Shown here in pieces: positions 10,344-18,657 of a stretch of 35,945 nucleotides of DNA. The DNA comes from Pseudomonadota bacterium (lineage in GTDB: Bacteria > Pseudomonadota > Gammaproteobacteria > Burkholderiales > Burkholderiaceae_D). Below the pieces are notes generated by a model, which saw only the letters and a program-made list of their open reading frames with translations, did not search any database and was not told where the DNA came from. Each line of letters begins with the position of its first letter. The stretch's first letter is position 1. The position numbers were made by a program, and so were the translations under genes. The DNA is taken from the NCBI GenBank assembly GCA_023420795.1, contig JAEZVM010000257.1, positions 1 to 35,945 on the forward strand. Direction: 5' to 3'.

Positions 10344-11150
10344 TCATACCCTCCCCATTGCAAAGCCCTTGGCGATGTAATGCCGCACGAACCAGATCAC
10401 CAGCGCGCCGGGCACGATGGTCAGCACGCCGGCAGCCGCCAGCACGCCCCAATCCATGCCGGCAGCGGACACGGTGCGCGTCATCGTGGCGGAAATCGGC
10501 TTGGCATTGACCGAGGTGAGCGTGCGCGCCAGCAGCAGCTCTACCCAGCTGAACATGAAGCAGAAGAAGGCGGTGACACCGATGCCCGACTTGATCATCG
10601 GCAGGAAGATCTTCACGAAGAATTTCGGGAAGCTGTAGCCGTCGATGTATGCGGTTTCATCGATTTCCTTCGGAATGCCGGACATGAAGCCTTCGAGTAT
10701 CCACACCGCGAGCGGCACGTTGAACACCATGTGTGCGAGCGCGACAGCGAGATGCGTGTCCATCAGGCCGACAGTGGAATACAGCTGGAAGAACGGCAGC
10801 AGGAACACCGCCGGCGGCGTCATGCGGTTGGTCAGCAGCCAGAAGAACAGATGCTTGTCACCAAGGAAGGAGTAGCGCGAGAACGCATAGGCAGCCGGCA
10901 GTGCGACGGCGACCGACAGCACCATGTTGACCAGCACGTAAATGATGGAATTGATGTATCCCTCGTACCAGGAGGCGTCGGTGAAGATGGTCTTGAAGTT
11001 GTCGAAGGTGAGTTTGTCCGGCCAGAATGTCAGCGCGCCGAGGATTTCGTCATTGGTCTTCAACGACATGTTCAGCATCCAGTAGATCGGCAGCAGCGAC
11101 AGCAGCAGGTAGAGCGTCAGTATCGGACGTGTGATGTGTTTGCTCATCAT
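10344..11150 (-). CDS. glpQ: Carbohydrate ABC permease (MalG-like)
   Basis: EAA-like loop EIDETAYIDGYS; multiple TM segments; start overlaps the upstream permease stop (ATGA). Confidence 0.88.
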   Translation of the reverse strand: MMSKHITRPILTLYLLLSLLPIYWMLNMSLKTNDEILGALTFWPDKLTFDNFKTIFTDASWYEGYINSIIYVLVNMVLSVAVALPAAYAFSRYSFLGDKHLFFWLLTNRMTPPAVFLLPFFQLYSTVGLMDTHLAVALAHMVFNVPLAVWILEGFMSGIPKEIDETAYIDGYSFPKFFVKIFLPMIKSGIGVTAFFCFMFSWVELLLARTLTSVNAKPISATMTRTVSAAGMDWGVLAAAGVLTIVPGALVIWFVRHYIAKGFAMGRV

Positions 11151-12016
11151 TTGCCGTCTCCGGTGCCGACGCGCTGCATCCAGTTGTAGAGCACGAAGCA
11201 GAACAACAGGATGATCAGGAAATAGATCAGCGAAAACGCCGCTGCCGGCCCGAGGTCGAACTGGCCGACCGCCTTCTGCGTCAGATACTGTGAGAGGAAG
11301 GTGGTCGCATTGCCCGGCCCGCCGCCGGTCAGAACGAAGGGCTCGGTATAGATCATGAAGCTGTCCATGAAACGCAGCAGCACCGCGATCATCAGCACAT
11401 TGCGCAGCTTCGGCAGCTGGATGAAGCGGAACACCGCCCAGCGCGACGCGCCGTCGATGCGTGCTGCCTGGTAGTAGGCATCCGGGATCGCGCGCAGCCC
11501 GGCATAGCACAGCAGCACCACCAGCGGTGTCCAGTGCCAGATATCCATCAGCAGCACGGTGAGCCACGCATCGACCGAATCACCGGCGTAGTTGTAGCGG
11601 ATGCCGAGTTCATTGACCACATGGCCAAGCAGGCCGATGTCGCCGCGGCCGAAGATCTGCCAGATGGTACCGACCACGTTCCACGGAATCAGCAGCGGCA
11701 AGGCGATCAGCACCAGCGCCAGCGACGCTCTCCATCCTTGCACCGGCATCGCCAGCGCGATCAGGATTCCGAGCGGTATCTCGATCGCGAGCACCGACAG
11801 CGAAAACAGCATCTGACGGTACAACGCGTCATGCAGTTCGCTGTCGCGCATCACCATCTTGAACCATTCGGTTCCAACGAATACCTGCTGCCCGGGACCG
11901 AGAATGTCCTGCACCGAATAGTTCACGATCGTCATCAATGGCAGGATCGCGGAAAACGACACGCACAGGATCACGGGCAGGATCAGCAGCCATGCACGGT
12001 TGTTGTAGGTCTTCAT
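11147..12016 (-). CDS. glpP: Carbohydrate ABC permease (MalF-like)
   Basis: YYQAARIDGAS EAA loop, LTGGGPG motif, TM segments. Confidence 0.88.
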   Translation of the reverse strand: MKTYNNRAWLLILPVILCVSFSAILPLMTIVNYSVQDILGPGQQVFVGTEWFKMVMRDSELHDALYRQMLFSLSVLAIEIPLGILIALAMPVQGWRASLALVLIALPLLIPWNVVGTIWQIFGRGDIGLLGHVVNELGIRYNYAGDSVDAWLTVLLMDIWHWTPLVVLLCYAGLRAIPDAYYQAARIDGASRWAVFRFIQLPKLRNVLMIAVLLRFMDSFMIYTEPFVLTGGGPGNATTFLSQYLTQKAVGQFDLGPAAAFSLIYFLIILLFCFVLYNWMQRVGTGDGK

Positions 12017-12017
12017 G

Positions 12018-13103
12018 TCAGGCCACCCGCTTGTCTTCGACGTAGTACAGGGTCCGTTCCGCCGGCAGCCGCAGCCATACCGGATCGCCGGCTACGGCGC
12101 TCAGATGGCGCATCTTGGCCGCGACGGTATGGCTGCCGAGCCGAAACTCTGCGAGACAATGCGTGCCGAGATGCCGCACCGAGGCGACAGTGGCCGCTGC
12201 GGTTCCGGCCCGCGGTTCGAATGCGCATTCGACGAACTCGGGGCGGATGCCGAGCTTGATGTTGCCGCTGGCGTTGCTCAGCGCTGCCCGCGCCGCGGGC
12301 GCTAGCGGAATGCTGCCGCCGCCGACATGCGCGGCGCCGTCGCTGACCGAGCACGGCAGCAGGTTCATTCCAGGATTGCCAATGAAATAGCCGACGAAGG
12401 TATGCGCGGGCTCTTCGAACAGTTGTTGCGCGGTGCCGGCCTGCACCACTTCGCCATGTGTCATCACGATCACCTGGTCAGCGAAGGTCAACGCTTCCAC
12501 CTGGTCGTGCGTGACATAGATCAGCGACAGCTTCAGCTCGCGATGGATTTCCTTCAGCTTTCGGCGCAGCTGCCATTTCAGTTGCGGGTCGATCACTGTC
12601 AGCGGTTCGTCGAACAGTACGGCAGCGACATCCGGCCGCACCAGTCCGCGTCCGAGCGATATCTTCTGCTTGGCGTCTGCCGACAGACCGCTGGCGCGAT
12701 GCTTGAGGTCGGAACTCAAATCCAGCATGCCGGCGATCCGCTCGACGCGCCGATGAATATCCGCACTCTTCCAGCCGCGATTGCGCAGCGGGAAGGCAAG
12801 GTTGTCGAATACCGTCATCGTGTCGTAGATGACCGGGAATTGGAACACCTGCGCGATGTTGCGCCGCTCCGGGGGCAGGTCGGTCACCTCCTTCCCGTCG
12901 AACAGCACGCGCCCCTGCGATGGACACACCAGGCCGGAAATGATGTTGAGCAGCGTGGTCTTACCGCAGCCGGATGGCCCGAGCAGCGCATAGGCGCCGC
13001 CGTCTTCCCAGCGCATGCTCATCGGCCGCAGCGCGTAATCAGCGGGCGATGAAGGATCGGGCTTGTATGCATGCGCCAGATCGACGAGTTCAATTCGCGC
13101 CAT
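12018..13103 (-). CDS. glpT: ABC transporter ATP-binding subunit
   Basis: Walker A GPSGCGKTT, Walker B VLFDE, H-loop YVTHD; degenerate signature LSADAKQK. Start at ATG 13103 (MARIEL). Confidence 0.9.
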   Translation of the reverse strand: MARIELVDLAHAYKPDPSSPADYALRPMSMRWEDGGAYALLGPSGCGKTTLLNIISGLVCPSQGRVLFDGKEVTDLPPERRNIAQVFQFPVIYDTMTVFDNLAFPLRNRGWKSADIHRRVERIAGMLDLSSDLKHRASGLSADAKQKISLGRGLVRPDVAAVLFDEPLTVIDPQLKWQLRRKLKEIHRELKLSLIYVTHDQVEALTFADQVIVMTHGEVVQAGTAQQLFEEPAHTFVGYFIGNPGMNLLPCSVSDGAAHVGGGSIPLAPAARAALSNASGNIKLGIRPEFVECAFEPRAGTAAATVASVRHLGTHCLAEFRLGSHTVAAKMRHLSAVAGDPVWLRLPAERTLYYVEDKRVA

Positions 13104-14208
13104 GCCTGCTCTCCCGCTCGTGGAAACGCTGCGGTGCATGCAACAGCGCGCCATCGGCCGCAAACAGCAACAGGTCGTCGGTACGGCAATACATGCAGCA
13201 TGAGGAACCGATGTCGAGGTTATGAACGCCGGGCAGTTGCGCCACCAGCGCAACCGGTCCGCGATGCATGTGTACATAGGTTTCCGAGCCGCTGATTTCC
13301 GCCAGTTCTACTTGCGCCTCAATCACGATGTCGTCGGCATGACGTCTGGCCAAATGCAGGCTGTGCGCGCGCAGTCCGAGCACTACATCCTTTTGCCGTG
13401 CCGCCTTTTGCCGCTGTTCGACGTTCATGGCAATGACGAGTCCGCCGCCCGCATGTGCATTACCCTGCGAGTCGAGCGTCGCCCGAATCAGGTTGATCGG
13501 CGGATCGCTGAAGGCGCGCGCCGCCTGGATGGAATTCGGCGCGTTGAACACGTCTATCGTCGGCCCCTGCTGCAGCAGGCGGCCCTCATGCAACACGGCC
13601 ACATTGCCGCCGAGCTGCAAGGCTTCGAGCGGTTCGGTGGTCGCATAGACGACGGTGGTTTTCCCTTCAGAGAAAAGGTCAGTCAGTTCCCGGCGCAACT
13701 CTTCGCGCAGCTTGTAGTCGAGATTCACCAGCGGCTCATCCAGCAACAGCAGGCCTGCATCCTTGACCAGTGCGCGCGCCAGCGCGGTACGCTGCTGCTG
13801 GCCGCCGGACAGTTCGGACGGAGAACGCTGCAGGTAGGGCGTGATGTGCAGCCGTTCCGCCATGTCGGTCACGCGCTTGCGCACTTCAGATTCCGGCACG
13901 CGCCTGATGCGCAGAGGCGAGGCGATGTTGTCGTACACCGTGAACGACGGATAGTTGATGAACTGCTGATACACCATCGCCAGCTCGCGCTCGCGCACCG
14001 GCACGCCGGTCACATCTTTGCCGTCGGCCAGCACGCGCCCGCCGGTCGGCCGATCGAGCCCTGCCATCAGGCGCATCAGCGTGGTCTTGCCCGCGCGGGT
14101 GGCGCCGAGCAGCACATTGATCGCGCCCGGCTGAAGCGAAAGCGAGAGCGGATGGATGTGCTCCTCTGTCGCCACTTTTTTGCCGATGTTTTCCAATGCC
14201 AGATGCAC
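13090..14208 (-). CDS. glpS: ABC transporter ATP-binding subunit
   Basis: GTG start with GGAGG SD; Walker A GATRAGKTT, signature LSGGQQQR, Walker B LLLLDE; H-loop reads YATT. Confidence 0.9.
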   Translation of the reverse strand: MHLALENIGKKVATEEHIHPLSLSLQPGAINVLLGATRAGKTTLMRLMAGLDRPTGGRVLADGKDVTGVPVRERELAMVYQQFINYPSFTVYDNIASPLRIRRVPESEVRKRVTDMAERLHITPYLQRSPSELSGGQQQRTALARALVKDAGLLLLDEPLVNLDYKLREELRRELTDLFSEGKTTVVYATTEPLEALQLGGNVAVLHEGRLLQQGPTIDVFNAPNSIQAARAFSDPPINLIRATLDSQGNAHAGGGLVIAMNVEQRQKAARQKDVVLGLRAHSLHLARRHADDIVIEAQVELAEISGSETYVHMHRGPVALVAQLPGVHNLDIGSSCCMYCRTDDLLLFAADGALLHAPQRFHERESRHGAN

Positions 14209-14255
14209 GGCGTCTTCCTCCTGTTTTTATGTGCGCACCTGCTGACCGGGCAGTT

Positions 14256-15818
14256 CTAGGATTGTTTGCGCAACAGCCCGTCCGTTTTTTCCATTCGCCT
14301 GGCGCGAATCCAGGCATCGAGCTTAGCTTCCGTGCCGGAAGGCAGATGCAGGCCGAGCTTGGAGCGTCTCCATAGTATGTCGGCTGCCGTGACGGCCCAT
14401 TCGAGTTGCATCAAATAATCGACTTCCGCTTCATACAGGCCCGGCGCAATCTCTTGGCCCATGTCGTCGATGCACATGCGACCGAAAAGCAGCATGCTGA
14501 TGCGGGTGCCATACGCATGCGCGTATCGGCTCACCAGCGCAGGCGGTAGCCATGGATACTTGATCTGCAGTTCATGCAAGTAGAGGTCGAATTCCAGCAC
14601 CGCGCGATTGGCCGGCCGCGCGCCGAATATGTCGCCGCCTGGCAGGCAGGCATCGGCGGTCCACGCGCCCCGGAGTATCGACAGGGGGCCGGCAAGCAGA
14701 TCAACCGCTTCCTCGGCCAACTTGCGGAAGGTGGTGATCTTGCCGCCGAAGACAGACAGCAGCGGAGCGCCCTGCACATCCAGTTCCAGCCTGTAGTCGC
14801 GCGTCACCGCCGACGCCTTCGCTGCCTCGTCCTCGACCAGCGGGCGCACGCCGGAGTACGTCCACACCACGTCAACCGGGGCAAGCTGCGTGCGGAAATA
14901 CCGGCTCGCCAGCTCGCACAGATAGACGATTTCATCCTGATCGATTCTGACCGCGTCGGCATCGCCTCGGTAATCGAGGTCGGTGGTGCCGATCAGCGTG
15001 AAATCGCGTTCGTACGGAATCGCGAACACGATGCGGCCGTCCGGATGCTGGAAGATGTAGGCATACGGATGATCGAACAGCTTCCTGACGACGATATGGC
15101 TGCCCTTGATCAGCCGCAGCGTTTTTTCTGCCGGCCGCTGCGTCGCCAGCCGCAGGAAATCAGCCGTCCATGGGCCGGCTGCGTTCACCAGGCAGCGGGC
15201 ATTGACTTCGATCGTGTTACCGTCCTCGCGGCGCAATTGCGCGGTCCAGCGGTCGGCCTCGCGGCGCGCCGCCGTGCAGCGGGTGCGCGTGAATATCCGC
15301 GCCCCCTTTTCCGAGGCGTCGAGTGCATTGAGCATCACCAGCCGCGCATCATCGACCCAGCCGTCGGAATAGATGAAGCCGCGCGTGAATTCCGGCTTGA
15401 GCGGCTCGCCTGCCACATGCCGGCGCAGATCCACGCCGCGCGAGGCGGGCAGCAATTCGCGTCTGGCAAGCCGGTCGTACAGGAACAGACCGGAGCGGAT
15501 CATCCATCCCGGCCGTTGCCCCCTGTCGTGCGGCATGACGAAGTGTAGGGGCCGCATGATGTGCGGCGCAGCACGCAGCAGCACCTCACGTTCAATCAGC
15601 GCCTTGCGGACTAGGTTGAATTCGTAGTATTCGAGATAGCGCAAGCCTCCGTGGATCAGCTTGGTGGAGGCCGAGGAGGTATGCGCCGCAAGGTCATCCT
15701 TCTCGCATAGCACGACCGACAGGCCGCGCCCGGCGGCATCGCGCGCGATACCGGCACCATTGATGCCGCCACCGACGATAAGCAAGTCGCAGTCGAAGGA
15801 GTTATGCCGCTGATTCAT
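14256..15818 (-). CDS. glpD: FAD-dependent glycerol-3-phosphate dehydrogenase
   Basis: VGGGINGAGIARDAAGRG FAD motif, TSSASTKLIHGGLRYLE, KGSHIVV, GVRPL, GGKITTFR. Start at ATG 15818. Confidence 0.97.
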   Translation of the reverse strand: MNQRHNSFDCDLLIVGGGINGAGIARDAAGRGLSVVLCEKDDLAAHTSSASTKLIHGGLRYLEYYEFNLVRKALIEREVLLRAAPHIMRPLHFVMPHDRGQRPGWMIRSGLFLYDRLARRELLPASRGVDLRRHVAGEPLKPEFTRGFIYSDGWVDDARLVMLNALDASEKGARIFTRTRCTAARREADRWTAQLRREDGNTIEVNARCLVNAAGPWTADFLRLATQRPAEKTLRLIKGSHIVVRKLFDHPYAYIFQHPDGRIVFAIPYERDFTLIGTTDLDYRGDADAVRIDQDEIVYLCELASRYFRTQLAPVDVVWTYSGVRPLVEDEAAKASAVTRDYRLELDVQGAPLLSVFGGKITTFRKLAEEAVDLLAGPLSILRGAWTADACLPGGDIFGARPANRAVLEFDLYLHELQIKYPWLPPALVSRYAHAYGTRISMLLFGRMCIDDMGQEIAPGLYEAEVDYLMQLEWAVTAADILWRRSKLGLHLPSGTEAKLDAWIRARRMEKTDGLLRKQS

Positions 15819-15850
15819 TTCGTTCCCGCAAAAAGCGCTACATGAAAATA

Positions 15851-15894
15851 AAAGAACATATATTTTGACCTTTTTTGTTCGTTTATTTTCGTTT
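15851..15894. promoter_or_regulatory. Putative GlpR operator repeats in the glpD/glpR divergent region
   Basis: Tandem 10-mers TTGTTCGTTT (15875-15884) and ATTTTCGTTT (15885-15894), plus inverted AAAGAACATA (15851-15860); resemble GlpR TTCG-containing half sites. Confidence 0.65.
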
Positions 15895-15938
15895 TGGATT
15901 ATATTCGCCCATCTACTGGTATTGAAGGGAGAAATGCA

Positions 15939-16700
15939 ATGACACTTAATCCGCGTCAACGTCGCCTGCTGGATGCGGTGCGGCAACGCGTGACGATATC
16001 AGTGGAGGAACTGGCGCAGAAGCTTGATGTGACGCCGCAGACGGTGCGGCGCGATGTCAAGCTGATGGAGGAAGCGCGGTTGCTGGCACGCTATCACGGC
16101 GGCGTAGGTCTGCCGTCATCGGTGGAAAACATCGACTACCGGCAACGCCAGGTGCTGAATATCGATGCCAAGCGGCATATCGCACAGGCAGTCGCCAGCA
16201 GGGTGCCGCCGGGCTGCTCGCTGCTGATCAACATCGGCACCACCACCGAGGAAGTGGCGCGCGCGTTGGCACAGCACGAAAACCTGCATGTGGTGACCAA
16301 CAACCTGAATGTAGCCGCCATCCTCGCCGACAATCCGAAGTGTGAAGTGATCGTCGCCGGCGGCGTGGTGCGCGGCCGCGACCGCGGCATCATCGGCGAG
16401 GCGACTATCGATTTCATCCGGCAGTTCAAGGTGGATATCGGCATCATCGGCATTTCCAGCATCGAGGCGGACGGCACGCTGCGCGACTTCGACCCGCGCG
16501 AGGTGAAGGTGGCGCAGACGATCATCGAACAGTCGCGCGAGGTCTGGCTGGTGGCCGACCGCGACAAATTCGACCGTCAGGCGCTGGTGCGGATGGCGCA
16601 TGTGTCGCAGATCGACATGCTGTTTACCGATGCGCGCCCGCCGGACGCGCTGTCGAAGGTGCTGAAGGATGCACAGGTGAAGGTTGTTGTCGCGCCCTGA
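15939..16700 (+). CDS. glpR: DeoR/GlpR family transcriptional repressor
   Basis: HTH VTPQTVRRD, RYHGG, INIGTTTE, VVTNNL motifs; divergent from glpD; SD AGGGAG; ATG 15939. Confidence 0.95.
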   Translation: MTLNPRQRRLLDAVRQRVTISVEELAQKLDVTPQTVRRDVKLMEEARLLARYHGGVGLPSSVENIDYRQRQVLNIDAKRHIAQAVASRVPPGCSLLINIGTTTEEVARALAQHENLHVVTNNLNVAAILADNPKCEVIVAGGVVRGRDRGIIGEATIDFIRQFKVDIGIIGISSIEADGTLRDFDPREVKVAQTIIEQSREVWLVADRDKFDRQALVRMAHVSQIDMLFTDARPPDALSKVLKDAQVKVVVAP

Positions 16701-16703
16701 ATC

Positions 16704-16729
16704 AAAAACGGCGCGATGCGCCGTTTTTT
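16704..16729. terminator. Bidirectional intrinsic terminator between convergent glpR and peroxiredoxin
   Basis: Perfect inverted repeat AAAAACGGCGC-GAT-GCGCCGTTTTT giving U tracts on both strands. Confidence 0.85.
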
Positions 16730-16730
16730 A

Positions 16731-17237
16731 TTACCCCAGCTGATTCAGCAGGGTCTCGGCATTCGATACTTCGAACTTGCCTGGTTGCTCGATATTCAGC
16801 TGCCTGACGACGCCGTCTTCAACCAGCATCGAATAGCGCTGCGAGCGAATGCCCATGCCGCGCGCGGTCAGGTCGAATTCGAGGCCAAGCGTCTTGGTGA
16901 AATCCGCGCTGCCGTCAGCCATCATGCGCACGATGCCGGTCGCTTTCTGCTCGCGGCCCCACGCGCCCATCACGAACGCATCGTTTACCGAGATGCACCA
17001 GATTTCATCGACACCCTTCGCCTTCAGCTTGTCAGCATTGGCGATATAACCGGGCACATGTTGCGCGGAACAGGTTGGCGTATACGCACCGGGCAAACCG
17101 AAGATGGCGATCTTCTTGCCTTTGACAAGCTCGCTGACGTTGAACACGTTCGGTCCCAGCGAACAGCCTTCCGATTCGACTTCGATGAATTCAAACAGCT
17201 TGCCTTCAGGCAGGCGGTCTCCGATCTTGATGGTCAT
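16731..17237 (-). CDS. Peroxiredoxin (Prx5 / type II)
   Basis: PGAYTPTCS peroxidatic motif, SVNDAFVM, RSQRY; SD GAGGAG. Confidence 0.93.
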   Translation of the reverse strand: MTIKIGDRLPEGKLFEFIEVESEGCSLGPNVFNVSELVKGKKIAIFGLPGAYTPTCSAQHVPGYIANADKLKAKGVDEIWCISVNDAFVMGAWGREQKATGIVRMMADGSADFTKTLGLEFDLTARGMGIRSQRYSMLVEDGVVRQLNIEQPGKFEVSNAETLLNQLG

Positions 17238-17266
17238 GATGTGGCTCCTCTAGTCTCGTGGTCTTC

Positions 17267-17299
17267 AAAAGAAAACGCCGCACCACCAGGGTGCGGCGT
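17267..17299 (-). terminator. Terminator-like hairpin downstream of ftsZ
   Basis: Perfect 10-bp stem ACGCCGCACC / GGTGCGGCGT, 5-nt loop, followed by TTTCTTTT on the minus strand. Confidence 0.7.
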
Positions 17300-17377
17300 C
17301 GAGACTGCAGTATGCCTTGTTCCCGCCGTTCCTGCAGGGAGGGAGTCAGCCGCCCTGCAAGTCAGGCTGGCAAGCGA

Positions 17378-18562
17378 TCAGTCGGCCTGCTTTCGCAGGA
17401 AGGCCGGAATGTCGTAGGTTTCCATCCCGTTCTTTTCCAGCGCACGCACCGTTTCCGATGCGGACTCGCGGCGCCATACAGCCGGCGCCTTCAAGCCGTC
17501 GAACGACGGTGCAGGCTGTGCAGCACCGTTACCCATCATGCCGCCCTGCATGATCGGCTCGTTGTGGGTACCGGTGCGCAGTACCGGCGTCTGCACCAGC
17601 TGCACGTTCTTGCGCGCACGGCCAAGGCCGGTTGCAACCACGGTCACGCGGATGTCATCGCCCATCTTGTCGTCGTACGCGATACCTTGCGCAATCGATG
17701 CATCCGGTGCGGCAAAGGCACGCACGGTGGCCATGACCTCTTTGATTTCCTTACCCTTGAGGCTGCGGCTGGCGGTGACGTTGACCAGCACGCCACGCGC
17801 GCCGGACAGGTCGATGCCGTCCAGCAGCGGCGATGCCACTGCCTGCTCGGCGGCGATACGCGCGCGATCGACGCCGGACGCGGTCGCGGTGCCCATCATC
17901 GCCTTGCCCTGCTCGCCCATGATGGTCTTGACGTCATTGAAGTCGACGTTGATGTGGCCCGGCACATTGATGATTTCGGCGATGCCGGCAACCGCATTGT
18001 TGAGCACGTCGTCGGCATGCTGCAGCCATTCGATCATGCTGTCGTCTTCGTAGATTTCTTCCAGCTTCTCGTTGAGGATCACGATCAGCGAATCGACGTG
18101 CTGCGACAACGCCTCCAGGCCTTCGTCGGCGATTTCCATGCATTTCGCGCCCTCGTACGAGAACGGCTTGGACACCACGGCGACCGTCAGCGCGCCCTGT
18201 TCCTTCGCCACCTGCGCCACAATCGGCGCAGCGCCGGTGCCGGTGCCGCCGCCCATGCCCGCTGCGATGAACACCATATGCGCGCCGCGCAGCGCATCTT
18301 CGATGCGCTCACGCGATTCTTCCGCCAGCTGGCGGCCGACATCCGGCTTCATGCCGGCGCCGAGGCCGGTTTCGCCGATCTGGATGATGTTGTGGGCCTT
18401 CGACTGCGCCAGTGCCTGCGCATCGGTGTTGGCAGCGATGAACTCGACGCCGGACACGCCCTTGTTGATCATGTGTTGTACTGCATTGCCTCCTGCTCCG
18501 CCGACACCGACGACCTTGATCACGGTACCGAGGTTTGCGTTATCGATCATATCGATTTCCAT
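17378..18562 (-). CDS. ftsZ: Cell division protein FtsZ
   Basis: GVGGAGGNAV, tubulin signature GGGTGTG, INVDFNDV, C-terminal DIPAFLRKQAD. Confidence 0.99.
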   Translation of the reverse strand: MEIDMIDNANLGTVIKVVGVGGAGGNAVQHMINKGVSGVEFIAANTDAQALAQSKAHNIIQIGETGLGAGMKPDVGRQLAEESRERIEDALRGAHMVFIAAGMGGGTGTGAAPIVAQVAKEQGALTVAVVSKPFSYEGAKCMEIADEGLEALSQHVDSLIVILNEKLEEIYEDDSMIEWLQHADDVLNNAVAGIAEIINVPGHINVDFNDVKTIMGEQGKAMMGTATASGVDRARIAAEQAVASPLLDGIDLSGARGVLVNVTASRSLKGKEIKEVMATVRAFAAPDASIAQGIAYDDKMGDDIRVTVVATGLGRARKNVQLVQTPVLRTGTHNEPIMQGGMMGNGAAQPAPSFDGLKAPAVWRRESASETVRALEKNGMETYDIPAFLRKQAD

Positions 18563-18657
18563 GATGACTCCCTTTGTGATGCAGTTCTCAGTCGTTAGTC
18601 CCCGCGCGATGCGGCGACTAGCAACTGCAAACTGCGGTTAATGCCGAAAAATTATTG

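Noticed and set aside
6575..16730. Glycerol block as an active mobile element
   Set aside because: No integrase, transposase, tRNA target or flanking direct repeats seen; base composition looks similar to the core genes.
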